From an uncultured candidate division Zixibacteria bacterium (lineage in GTDB: Bacteria; Zixibacteria; MSB-5A5; GN15; FEB-12): DNA of 64,000 nt. The notes under the pieces were generated by a model. That model saw only the letters and a list, made by a program, of their open reading frames with translations. It was not told the origin of the DNA and ran no database searches. Below are positions 9,052 to 18,127 of this stretch, in pieces. The translations under genes were made by a program, and so were the position numbers. Location of the stretch: contig CAVPPI010000001.1 of assembly GCA_963707365.1 (NCBI GenBank), forward strand, positions 39,257-103,256, written 5' to 3'. Position 1 is the first letter of the stretch. Each line of letters opens with the position of its first letter.

Positions 9052-11253
9052 ATGAGCAGACTTCTAAAAGACTTAAACCCCGTTCAGCTCGAGGCGGTGA
9101 CAACGACATCGGGACCGCTTCTGGTAATAGCAGGGGCAGGTTCCGGTAAGACGCGCGTTTTAACACGTCGGGTCGCCCACATACTCTTTGAACGGCTGGC
9201 TGAGCCTCACCAGGTACTGGCCGTAACCTTCACCAACAAAGCAGCCGGTGAGATGAAAGAGCGGGTGAATGAACTTCTGGGCGGCGCGATACCATCGCTC
9301 AACGTTTCTACCTTCCATTCTTTCTGTGCCCGCTTCCTCCGCCGTGAAGGGGAGGCGCTGGGCTACGACACGAACTACACGATTTTCGACGACAGCGATT
9401 CGGAAACGCTGGTCAAGAACTGCCTGAAAGAGTTGGGTATGACCGGTAGTCAGTTCTCGCCGAGGGCGCAGATGAGGAAAATCTCCAACGCCAAAAACAA
9501 ACTGATCAGCGCCGATGCTTTTGCCGGGCGTGCCTCGGGCTATTTCGAAACAGGCACGGCCAACATCTATAAATTATACCAGAGCCGGCTGCGCGAGTGC
9601 AATGCTATGGATTTCGATGACCTGCTCTTTAACGCCGTGAGCCTTCTCAAGAGTAGCGAAGAAGTGGGCGAGAGATACCGGTCACGATTCAAATACCTCC
9701 TGGTCGATGAATATCAGGACACCAACCACGTACAGTATCTGTTGCTGAAGTACCTGCTGGGAGAGCACAACAATATTTGTGTTGTCGGCGATGAGGACCA
9801 GTCCATCTATGGCTGGCGCGGGGCGGATATCCGCAATATCCTCGATTTCGAGAAAGATTTCCCCGGCGCCAAGATTATCAAGCTTCAGCAAAATTACCGT
9901 TCGACGAATATAATTCTCGACGCTGCTTCCGCAGTGATTGCCAACAACGAGGCCCGTAAGGCCAAGAAACTCTGGACCGAAAGGCAGGGCGGCGAGAAAG
10001 TGCAGTTGCTGCTGGTAGACTCTGCCGAGCAGGAAGCTATTGCCGTGGTCGAAGGTCTGAAAAAAGAGCAGGGTGGCACCGCTCTAAAAGGGATGGCCGT
10101 GCTTTACCGGACGAACGCGCAGTCGAGGGCTTTCGAAGAACACCTCAGGCGCAACAATATTCCCTACCAGATTGTGGGTGGTATTTCCTTCTATCAGCGC
10201 AAAGAAATCAAAGACCTCATGGCCTATCTGAAACTGATTGTGAACGTCAAGGATGATGTCGCGCTGGCACGGGTGATCAACTACCCCAAGAGAGGTATCG
10301 GAGCAAAGACGCTATCGGATATTCAGGCGCTGGCCCGCCAGCAAGGGATTGCTGTCTACGAGATGTTGCTCAAAGCGGACGTGATGCCCGACCTGGGTGC
10401 GCGGGTGAAACGTATCGTGCCATTCGTAGAGCTAATCGAAAAATACCGGAAGAAGAAAACAACGGAGCCGATTGATCTGCTGGCGCAGGACCTGGTGGAA
10501 GACCTCAAGTTTCTCGATGAGCTGCGCCAGGAAGATGAGATTGTGGCGCAGACAAAGATCGAGAACGTCGAGGCGTTCATCGAGGGTATGGCCGAGTATG
10601 CCCGGCACAACGGTGAGGCTACGTTGGAGAACTATCTGGCGGATATTTCTTTGTTCACCGATCTGGACACTTATGCGGAGATTGAAGACAAAATAACACT
10701 CATGACTCTCCACTCGGCCAAAGGGTTGGAGTACGATATCGTTTTTCTGGTTGGCCTGGAAGAAGGTTTGTTCCCTCTCGGGCGGGCGGTGGCTGAGCCG
10801 ATGGAGCTCGAGGAAGAACGGCGTCTGTTCTATGTCGGCGCCACGAGGGCCAAAAACAAGTTGTACCTCTCCAGCGCCACGACACGTCACCGGTTTGGCG
10901 AAGTGGAGTCTATTCCTTCCCGTTTTATCAAGGAAATTCCCGAGTCTCTGATGGAGCGCCATGAACGGCGGACCCATCGCCGGTTCGAATACAACCAGAA
11001 TGGTAACCGTCAGCCCGGCTTCTTTGCATCGCATCAGCCTCGCACCCGCGAGGAGAACGTTGGGGTGCACTATGATTTCGAGCAATCGGAGTTGATGCGG
11101 GTGGGACGAATTGTCGAGCATCCTACGTTTGGACGCGGGAAAATAGTCGGCGCCGAAGGTTATGGCGATTCCCTGACTCTCAAAATAATGTTCACCGGCA
11201 CAGGCATGAAAAAGATAATGGTCAGGTACGCCAAGCTGAAGATTATCGGGTGA
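9052..11253 (+). CDS. UvrD/PcrA-type ATP-dependent DNA helicase (SF1)
   Basis: It has Walker A AGAGSGKT, motif II LLVDEYQDTN and helicase motifs through VGATRAK. The protein is 733 aa. Confidence 0.9.
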   Translation: MSRLLKDLNPVQLEAVTTTSGPLLVIAGAGSGKTRVLTRRVAHILFERLAEPHQVLAVTFTNKAAGEMKERVNELLGGAIPSLNVSTFHSFCARFLRREGEALGYDTNYTIFDDSDSETLVKNCLKELGMTGSQFSPRAQMRKISNAKNKLISADAFAGRASGYFETGTANIYKLYQSRLRECNAMDFDDLLFNAVSLLKSSEEVGERYRSRFKYLLVDEYQDTNHVQYLLLKYLLGEHNNICVVGDEDQSIYGWRGADIRNILDFEKDFPGAKIIKLQQNYRSTNIILDAASAVIANNEARKAKKLWTERQGGEKVQLLLVDSAEQEAIAVVEGLKKEQGGTALKGMAVLYRTNAQSRAFEEHLRRNNIPYQIVGGISFYQRKEIKDLMAYLKLIVNVKDDVALARVINYPKRGIGAKTLSDIQALARQQGIAVYEMLLKADVMPDLGARVKRIVPFVELIEKYRKKKTTEPIDLLAQDLVEDLKFLDELRQEDEIVAQTKIENVEAFIEGMAEYARHNGEATLENYLADISLFTDLDTYAEIEDKITLMTLHSAKGLEYDIVFLVGLEEGLFPLGRAVAEPMELEEERRLFYVGATRAKNKLYLSSATTRHRFGEVESIPSRFIKEIPESLMERHERRTHRRFEYNQNGNRQPGFFASHQPRTREENVGVHYDFEQSELMRVGRIVEHPTFGRGKIVGAEGYGDSLTLKIMFTGTGMKKIMVRYAKLKIIG

Positions 11254-11266
11254 CGCGGGCCGGTAA

Positions 11267-11629
11267 TCAGTTCAAAGGTACGATTCGCGACAGGCGGATC
11301 CGATGGCGGGCGACCTGAGCGTAGACAAGCCGCGCCAGGGTTCTAATACCCGGCAAAAGCACAATCTCCCCAAACAGTCTGGATTGCGGAAACAGAGTCG
11401 CCAGAACACCTACTGCCTCGGCCCCACGGTAGATCTTGCCCTCCGGCGTTATAAGGTGCATTTCCTTGACCAGTTGATCATTGGCCAGCATACCCGGCTT
11501 GCGACTCTTCAGCGCTGTCGAGAGGGGAACCCGGTTGACGAGGCCAAGCTTATCCAATTTTGCGATTCTTTCTATCGAAAACAGACATATAGGACAACTA
11601 TCGTCGTATATTAAATGATATTGATTCAT
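11267..11629 (-). CDS. DCC-family thiol-disulfide oxidoreductase (DUF393)
   Basis: It has the N-terminal motif IYDDSCPIC. The start is taken at internal ATG 11629 (MNQYHLIYDD) rather than the ORF-track start at 11710. Confidence 0.7.
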   Translation of the reverse strand: MNQYHLIYDDSCPICLFSIERIAKLDKLGLVNRVPLSTALKSRKPGMLANDQLVKEMHLITPEGKIYRGAEAVGVLATLFPQSRLFGEIVLLPGIRTLARLVYAQVARHRIRLSRIVPLN

Positions 11630-11993
11630 GTTCTGTAGAACAAGATTCTGACTGGCAAGTTCTCCGGTAAAATTGAAGGGAAGAGTAGTGGTGAGGATTG
11701 GGCAGAACATTGCCGGGTCCTGAAATCGTCTGATATTGCTGTGTTTAGGCGCTCATGGGCAGCGCCGGCCGTTGAAAAAACTTGTAAAGAGAGGGCGCAG
11801 GTCTTATTATATATGGCCAAAACTGAATCCGATGGAATCTTTGGCATTCATGACGTTGTATCAAGGATGCCAAAATTATTTTTGAAAATAGGGATTTAAG
11901 ACGGCACAGGGAACATCACAACCGGCGAAAATGTTTTAATCTATGAACATAGGTCATTTGCTCCGGTTGTGGCTATCAGAGGTTTGATTAATT

Positions 11994-12581
11994 ATGGCCG
12001 ACCGGAAAAAAGAAGAGTTAGTCAAGAGAAAAGCATTCGAGACAGAGGCTTTGCCTCATATGGATGCTTTACTGCGCACCGCTCTTCGAATGACCAGAAA
12101 TGAAAGTGATGCCGAGGATCTGGTTCAAGAGACGTTTGTAAAAGCATACCGTTTCTGGGACAAGTTTGAACCGGGATCCAACTGTCGGGCATGGTTGTTC
12201 AAAATCATGACCAACATCTTCATTAACGATTATCGGTCGAAATCGCGATCGCCGATGTCCGTTAATGTTGACGAGGTCGACGATAACTTCCTTTACGGGC
12301 AGTTGGCAACGGTTGAATCCGGGGAAAATCCCGAGAAACATCTCTTCTCCAAGATCTTCGACGATGATGTAAAGAAAGCTATAGAGAATTTGCCCGATGA
12401 TTTTCGACTGGTGGTCGTGTTGTCCTTCCTTGAGGGGTTCTCCTATCAAGAGATCGCCGAAATCGCCGATTTACAATTAGGGACGGTTAAATCACGTCTG
12501 CACCGGGGTCGAAAACTTTTGCAAAAAGAGCTATTCGAATACGCAATCAAGAACGGCTACGTCAAGGATAAAGCAAGATGA
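11994..12581 (+). CDS. ECF-type RNA polymerase sigma-70 factor
   Basis: Region 2 reads DAEDLVQETFVKAYRFWDKF and region 4 reads FSYQEIAEIADLQLGTVKSRLHRGRKLL. Confidence 0.88.
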   Translation: MADRKKEELVKRKAFETEALPHMDALLRTALRMTRNESDAEDLVQETFVKAYRFWDKFEPGSNCRAWLFKIMTNIFINDYRSKSRSPMSVNVDEVDDNFLYGQLATVESGENPEKHLFSKIFDDDVKKAIENLPDDFRLVVVLSFLEGFSYQEIAEIADLQLGTVKSRLHRGRKLLQKELFEYAIKNGYVKDKAR

Positions 12582-13372
12582 ACTGTCAGGACGCCCTCGA
12601 TCTTTTGTATGACATAATTGACAGGGAAGCATCGGAGATCGACACCCAAAAAGTCAAAGAACATCTCGAGAACTGTCGGGACTGTTTCGAGGTCTATCGC
12701 CTGGAGCAATCAGTCCAGGAACTCATAAATGAGAAAGTAAAGCAAGCCGCACCGACACCTAAAGCCGAGCATTTGAAATCCAAGATACTCGAGCGACTCG
12801 ACGAGATTGACGGGGAGAACCCGGCCCGGAGACAGCCCCGTTTTTTTAGGCTAACTACAAGGACGCTCGTTGCCGCGGCGTCCCTGGTTCTTCTGATCGG
12901 CGCCGGTCTTTTGCTGGCTGCATTTTATCGCCACAGCGGCAATTATATCCCTCTTGAGAAGGCTCACTGGGCTGTGTCGGAGCATCTGGATGCTTACAAC
13001 GACAGTGGGGCTACCTCACGCGTTCTCACAGCCGTAAAACAGGAACACGCTTACAATCTGCTCCCTCAAGTCGCCGATTTTCAACTGGTCGGAGGTGAGA
13101 GCGAAGAGATAGTGGGTGTTCAGATGGCGCATTTCGTTTATGCCAGTGACAACAAACTGGTCTCGGTGTTCATAGCACCGGCTGATGAGTACGAAATTCC
13201 TGCAGATCTGGCAAACTCGCCGGTGGAAAGAAACAGTATTACGTTCTTTGACCACAATTGCCGGGGCTGCCGGCTTGTTTATCATCGGGTAGGTTCGCTG
13301 GTAATCATCACGGCATCCACTGACCACGATGTAGAATTGCTTGATTTCGTTCCGGGCTTTGCCGCTATTTAG
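12578..13372 (+). CDS. Anti-sigma factor (zf-HC2) with one TM segment and a periplasmic domain
   Basis: It overlaps the sigma gene by 4 nt. The N-terminus is CQDALDLLYDIID...HLENCRDCFEVY, and a TM helix is present at LVAAASLVLLIGAGLLLAAF. Confidence 0.8.
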   Translation: MNCQDALDLLYDIIDREASEIDTQKVKEHLENCRDCFEVYRLEQSVQELINEKVKQAAPTPKAEHLKSKILERLDEIDGENPARRQPRFFRLTTRTLVAAASLVLLIGAGLLLAAFYRHSGNYIPLEKAHWAVSEHLDAYNDSGATSRVLTAVKQEHAYNLLPQVADFQLVGGESEEIVGVQMAHFVYASDNKLVSVFIAPADEYEIPADLANSPVERNSITFFDHNCRGCRLVYHRVGSLVIITASTDHDVELLDFVPGFAAI

Positions 13373-13424
13373 ACTTCCGAAGTTTATTATTGCCTTACAG
13401 CTTCAGGCGCGTCTTCTTGTACTG

Positions 13425-14492
13425 ATGATGGTTGTCGTCAGCGATTTCCGGCGTGCAGTCAGGGCGCGGCTTTCTCTTTGGAGCCTGGCGCTCTTTTTAA
13501 TAGTAGGCATTGGCTCGCATGCTACGGCCGATGAATACCTGACCGACCAGACGCAAAAACACCTTCTCGCGGCGCAAAATCACCTTCTAAATGACAGATT
13601 TGCCCGGGCTCATCTTACGCTTGATTCCCTTATCCTCCTGGATTCTACCGATCCCATCGGCTATTTGTTCAAGGCGGCCGTCTATCTGGCCCGGATGACC
13701 GATGCTGAGCAGGAACTAAATTCGGATGAATTCAAGCGCTTTTCGGATACGGCAATCTCACTGGCCGAAGGTCGCCTGGAGAACGTTTCGGGAAGGTCGG
13801 CAGCCTGGATGTATCTCTGTCTCGGTCATGCAAAGGCGTACCGTTCGCTATGGGAATCCCGGTTCGGTTCGTTTACATCGGCGCTGAAGCTGGCCTTGAA
13901 TGCCAGATCGGATTATGAGAAGGGACTCGAGGCCGACAGCACCCTCTACGATCTCTACGGAGGGCTGGGCATGTATCACTACTGGAAGTCGGTCAAAGCG
14001 GGAATTCTCAGGTGGTTTCAAATATTCAAAAACGACAGGGAAAAGGGGATTGCGGAACTTTACCTGGCTGTCGATTCATCGGCTATTTCACATTATCCGG
14101 CGCGCAACGCCTTGATATGGATATGGCTGGATATGAACGAGCGTGATTCGGTAATATCGATTTGCGGCGAGATGCTTGAGGATTTTCCCGATGGTAAGCT
14201 TTTTCTATGGCCACTGGCGGAGGCCCTGTACGAAGAGAAACAATACCAGCGGGCCGTGGATACCTACGAAGCGCTCAGGGGGAAGCTGGCCCTGTCGCCG
14301 GGCAATTACTACAATCTGATTGAGTGCGACTACAACCTTAATCGATGTTATGACAAGTTGGGCCTTGAGGCGGAAGCTATCGATGCGGCAAAACGCGTGG
14401 AAGCATATTACGAGCTGGTAAGCGACAAAACAAAACGCCGGCAGCGAAACAAACTTGATTTCTTAAGGCGTGTGGCCAAACGGGATCCGTGA
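13425..14492 (+). CDS. Secreted TPR-like repeat protein
   Basis: It has a signal-like N-terminus from ATG 13425 (MMVVVSDFRR...SLALFLIVGIGSHATA) followed by helical-repeat sequence. Function is unknown. Confidence 0.6.
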   Translation: MMVVVSDFRRAVRARLSLWSLALFLIVGIGSHATADEYLTDQTQKHLLAAQNHLLNDRFARAHLTLDSLILLDSTDPIGYLFKAAVYLARMTDAEQELNSDEFKRFSDTAISLAEGRLENVSGRSAAWMYLCLGHAKAYRSLWESRFGSFTSALKLALNARSDYEKGLEADSTLYDLYGGLGMYHYWKSVKAGILRWFQIFKNDREKGIAELYLAVDSSAISHYPARNALIWIWLDMNERDSVISICGEMLEDFPDGKLFLWPLAEALYEEKQYQRAVDTYEALRGKLALSPGNYYNLIECDYNLNRCYDKLGLEAEAIDAAKRVEAYYELVSDKTKRRQRNKLDFLRRVAKRDP

Positions 14493-14499
14493 AGAAGTA

Positions 14500-16641
14500 T
14501 TACGCCGGCTGGTCGGATTTTGAAGCCTCTCTGAGTATCCTGAACGTATTAAACTGAATTGTCTCATCCGATCGTTCGACATTCGGCGAAGGCAGGTCCT
14601 CTTCTTTCACTGTCTCAATGCTCCAATTTCCCTCGTTCCAGGCGGCGGCTTCGTAAATGGCGTCCTCGCCAACCAGCTTATCCAGTCTGGCAAAGACAAT
14701 CGCACCATAACCAAAGAACATCACAATCTGCCTGGCGGCGGATTCAGCCGAAGTTATGGTCAGTTTGGCTGTGCGTTGTCCCCCGGCAAGCATGTTAATG
14801 AGCTCAGTAAGGCTGGTGTGACTCAGACTGCCTTCCGCTTTCTCGAGACCGTCGATGCAGTTTCCGGCCGATGTTGTCTGCAGTCTCTGACGGATGCGGT
14901 CTATCTTAGCCACCAGCAGCTCAAGATTTCCATCGGTGGAGATAACATCCTCGATACCGAGTGCGAACAGTGACAGGAGCATGGAAGATGGTACACCGGA
15001 TTTCATGACGAAAGTGGGTGTCTTGTCAAAGGAGATGTCGCGCATTGTCAACTCATCGAGAAAAGTCATCAAATACGATGCCTCGTTGTCAGGTGCGAGT
15101 ATGATTATATCCGGGCGACTTCTCTCATAAAGTTCGCCGAATTTAGCGACACTATCGGTGTCTATTATTCGGTAGCCGGCATTTTTGAGACGCTCCTCGA
15201 TAGCCTTCGTTACATCGGGCATTCTCGAAAAGAGCATGATCTGCACAGCATTCTGGGCGTTGTGGAATTTAAGGATTTCGTCTTTCAACAGACCGATAAA
15301 CGCGTCAACGACCTCGGGCAGAAGCAGACTTCCTGTCTTCTCCCGAAGTGTTTTCTGCAGGACATCCAATCTGTCCAGCGAAAGGCGTTCAGTTCCCTCG
15401 AACGAACCGGCAAAAGTATCCACCACCGTCAGAATATTGCCACCGAGAATTTCCACGGGGAGACGCTTGGTATATTTGCCTTTGAGATCCTTGTACATGC
15501 AGCTCAACATGGCGATAACCACCGGCGAGTAGCCGAGCGACCGGAGTAGCTTGACCGTCAGGGCAGCAACTTGTTCGCGATCAGCCGGTCCGTCGACATC
15601 GTAATAGTGGCGGGCAACATCCTGAACGTAGGCGGCATTGACTATGCTAAGCCGATCTTTGTAAGGAATTTCCATCCGCTTGCAGAGCTTGTCGGCAAAA
15701 TAGCCCATGACGCACGTGCGGTCGGACGGGAGTTTGTCTTTGGAGTTCAGCAAATAAGTATATAACTCCAGGTTCTTCCTCAGCAGGCTCTCTTCAACCG
15801 GGGCGACATCGTCTTCCAGCAGCAGGGTAGAAGCCGACTCATAGTAACGCACAATCGTACCCGGAGAGATTTTCCGGAGGCGGTCTATCAGATCAAGATA
15901 GTCGCCGGACACGGTGTCTTTGACGAACACCGAATAAAATTCGTGTTTACCCAGCATGGCAATGGCGTCATCGGCGGAGTCGCACATGGTGACGCGATAG
16001 CTGTCGTGTTCCAGCAGCGACTGAAGATGAGGGGCGGTGGATTTATCATCGGTAACGAGCAGAACATGATTTTCTTTAACAGTGGCGCTGGTTCTTGAGA
16101 TGCTTTCGCCGGGGGAAGCGACAGCTACTTTGCCGGTGTCACTTGCTCCCGGTGGTATTTCCAGCCGCACCGATTGATTAAGGGGCACATCCTTGCCAAG
16201 ATAATATTTTGCAACGGCGTTGTTGAGAGCTATTTCAGCAGCTATATAAAGCTTTATTTTCTTACCACGGGTGACAAAACATATTTCGTTGATAAGGGAC
16301 TCATCGGCCGGATCTTCGCACGCGATTTTCAGCAGATTGTTTTCGATGTCATAATCGAAAGGCACCGCCTTTCGGGCGACGGCGAGTCTGCGCGGGATAA
16401 ACTTCAGGATGATCTCGGGGATCTCCAACTTTGACAAAACGACACCATCGCACCCAAATTGTATAGCCAAAGCTTTCACCAGTCCGGCTTCGTCGATGTC
16501 TCCGTGATGCATAAGTTGGGAGCCGAACTTTCCGCCGCACGATTTTTGGCGCTCAAGAGCGTGTTTAATCTGCTCCTCGGAAATCAGACCTTCGCTCAGA
16601 AGTATTTCGTCCAGTCTTGGCTTGGATTTGTCTTTAACCAT
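14500..16641 (-). CDS. Multidomain signalling protein: MshEN (T2SSE_N) domain, receiver-like domain, degenerate HD-type domain, second receiver-like domain, and C-terminal DUF4388/PATAN
   Basis: The N-terminal motifs are RLDEILLSEGLISEEQIKHALERQ, spacer KSCGG, then KFGSQLMHHGDIDEAGLVKALAIQ. The degenerate HD region reads AAYVQDVAR. The C-terminal PATAN-like region reads LTELINMLAGGQRTAKLTI...GEDAIYEAAAW. Confidence 0.75.
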   Translation of the reverse strand: MVKDKSKPRLDEILLSEGLISEEQIKHALERQKSCGGKFGSQLMHHGDIDEAGLVKALAIQFGCDGVVLSKLEIPEIILKFIPRRLAVARKAVPFDYDIENNLLKIACEDPADESLINEICFVTRGKKIKLYIAAEIALNNAVAKYYLGKDVPLNQSVRLEIPPGASDTGKVAVASPGESISRTSATVKENHVLLVTDDKSTAPHLQSLLEHDSYRVTMCDSADDAIAMLGKHEFYSVFVKDTVSGDYLDLIDRLRKISPGTIVRYYESASTLLLEDDVAPVEESLLRKNLELYTYLLNSKDKLPSDRTCVMGYFADKLCKRMEIPYKDRLSIVNAAYVQDVARHYYDVDGPADREQVAALTVKLLRSLGYSPVVIAMLSCMYKDLKGKYTKRLPVEILGGNILTVVDTFAGSFEGTERLSLDRLDVLQKTLREKTGSLLLPEVVDAFIGLLKDEILKFHNAQNAVQIMLFSRMPDVTKAIEERLKNAGYRIIDTDSVAKFGELYERSRPDIIILAPDNEASYLMTFLDELTMRDISFDKTPTFVMKSGVPSSMLLSLFALGIEDVISTDGNLELLVAKIDRIRQRLQTTSAGNCIDGLEKAEGSLSHTSLTELINMLAGGQRTAKLTITSAESAARQIVMFFGYGAIVFARLDKLVGEDAIYEAAAWNEGNWSIETVKEEDLPSPNVERSDETIQFNTFRILREASKSDQPA

Positions 16642-16954
16642 TTGTTCGCTTATTCCTCAGATGCTTGCGACCCTATTTTGTCGACAGTTGCCGGTTTCGA
16701 CATACGTTTTGCCAGGCGAGGCATAAAAAGCCGTTGACGTTTCTGTTGTAGAAGACAGGTCTATGTTTGTCATGGCCGAACGCTGTGTTAAAAAGTGTAA
16801 GACTTTACTGCTTTATGTATTATCGGTCAAAACCCGCAAAGTTTTAAACCCGTGGTGCGATTACACAGGGATGTTCAGATTTTGAACTGCCCGCGACAGG
16901 CGCCCCGGCCAGTTTTATCTTGCGCCGAAATTCGAGCGATGATTTATTGGCTAC

Positions 16955-17320
16955 GTGCCAAGAAGAGTCAGGAAATCTCCATCTATTCTGACCCCCCTGA
17001 CGGATAATCTGATTGCGAGATTATCCAACACCAACCAGAGGGTGAGACGGAAAATCGTAAAATACGGTTTCTGGGTGATAGGGTTGATTTTTGTCTATTC
17101 CCTGATGAGCGGAACCTACGGAATCCCGCGAATCATCCGGCTGGAACTGGAGAGAAAAGACCTGCTCGAGGCGAATCATCGGAATTTGGTTGATCTGGTC
17201 GATGCCTCGCGCGTCAAACAGATGCTTGAGAGCAACGATGTTTTCATTGAATATATCGCGCGCAGCCGCTACCACATGGCCTACCCCGACGAGACCATAT
17301 ATCGTTACCGGGGCCAATAG
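16955..17320 (+). CDS. Septum formation initiator family protein (FtsB/DivIC-like)
   Basis: It has a single N-terminal TM helix followed by a coiled coil (LELERKDLLEANHRNL) and a conserved C-terminal region YIARSRYHMAYPDE. Confidence 0.65.
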   Translation: MPRRVRKSPSILTPLTDNLIARLSNTNQRVRRKIVKYGFWVIGLIFVYSLMSGTYGIPRIIRLELERKDLLEANHRNLVDLVDASRVKQMLESNDVFIEYIARSRYHMAYPDETIYRYRGQ

Positions 17321-17326
17321 AACGCA

Positions 17327-18001
17327 ATGTCGCTCGAAAAATCCGAAGCCATTTTGTTGAAAGCCTTTAACTGGTCGGAATCCTCCCGAACAGTGGTTTT
17401 CTTTTCACAGGATTTCGGCCGGATCGCCCTGGTCGACAAAGGAGGCCGCAGCTTCAAATCCAAGCGCGGGCGGCTTTTGCCCTTCGCCCGTATGGAAATT
17501 ACATTTTACGGCTCGGAAAAAGAGTCCCGGGGGTATATCAGGGAAATTGAGGTAATAGAGGCCTGCTCTCTCGAAGGGGACGGTAGTCTGGGTCGATTGG
17601 CGTATGCTTCGGCGGCGGCCGAATTGCTTCACCTGATTCTGCCGGAAGATGAGCCTCAAAGAAGTCTGTATGGCTATTTTGGCAACTACTTAAAGCAGGT
17701 CGACGGGGTAAAAAAAACAGCCCTCCCGGCCCTTTTTATAGCCTTCTATTTGCGGGTTCTCTCCCAATTGGGTTACCATCCGTCACTGGCCTACTGCGTT
17801 TCGTGCGGCAAAGAGGTGGGGAGCCTCAGCAACAAAGGGGAACTGAATTTCGCCGTGGAACGGGGTGGCCTTGTCTGTGAAGCTTGCCAAAAGCCGGGAG
17901 AATATTATATTGGCTTTTCACACGATAGCTACCAGCGGCTCTTGGCCCTGCAAGACATCGTCGCTAAGCGAAGCGGCGGAACTGGCAGTCGGTTTCGGTG
18001 A
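17327..18001 (+). CDS. recO: DNA repair protein RecO, apparently frame-disrupted near 17955-17965; the C-terminus continues in another frame to 18119
   Basis: It has the RecO N-terminal OB region (AILLKAFNWSESSRTVVFFSQDFGRI) and the Cys4 zinc motif CVSCG...CEAC. The RecO-like C-terminus ...FLASQTGFKSDLKSLGFIEKL is encoded by the overlapping +1 frame (ORF 17865..18119). Confidence 0.8.
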   Translation: MSLEKSEAILLKAFNWSESSRTVVFFSQDFGRIALVDKGGRSFKSKRGRLLPFARMEITFYGSEKESRGYIREIEVIEACSLEGDGSLGRLAYASAAAELLHLILPEDEPQRSLYGYFGNYLKQVDGVKKTALPALFIAFYLRVLSQLGYHPSLAYCVSCGKEVGSLSNKGELNFAVERGGLVCEACQKPGEYYIGFSHDSYQRLLALQDIVAKRSGGTGSRFR

Positions 18002-18127
18002 AGCCTCGCGGTTTCTCGATGCTTTGACCAGATTTCTGGCCAGCCAGACCGGGTTCAAGTCGGACCTGAAATCGCTGGGATTTATCGAGAAGCTCAAAAA
18101 CAGTCAACTGATAGGATAAATTAGGGC

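Noticed and set aside
11909-11940. ECF-type autoregulatory promoter (GGAAC ... GTTT) upstream of the sigma factor gene
   Set aside because: Only the GGAAC -35-like element is convincing. The -10 region does not match CGTC/GTC-type ECF consensus at the right spacing.
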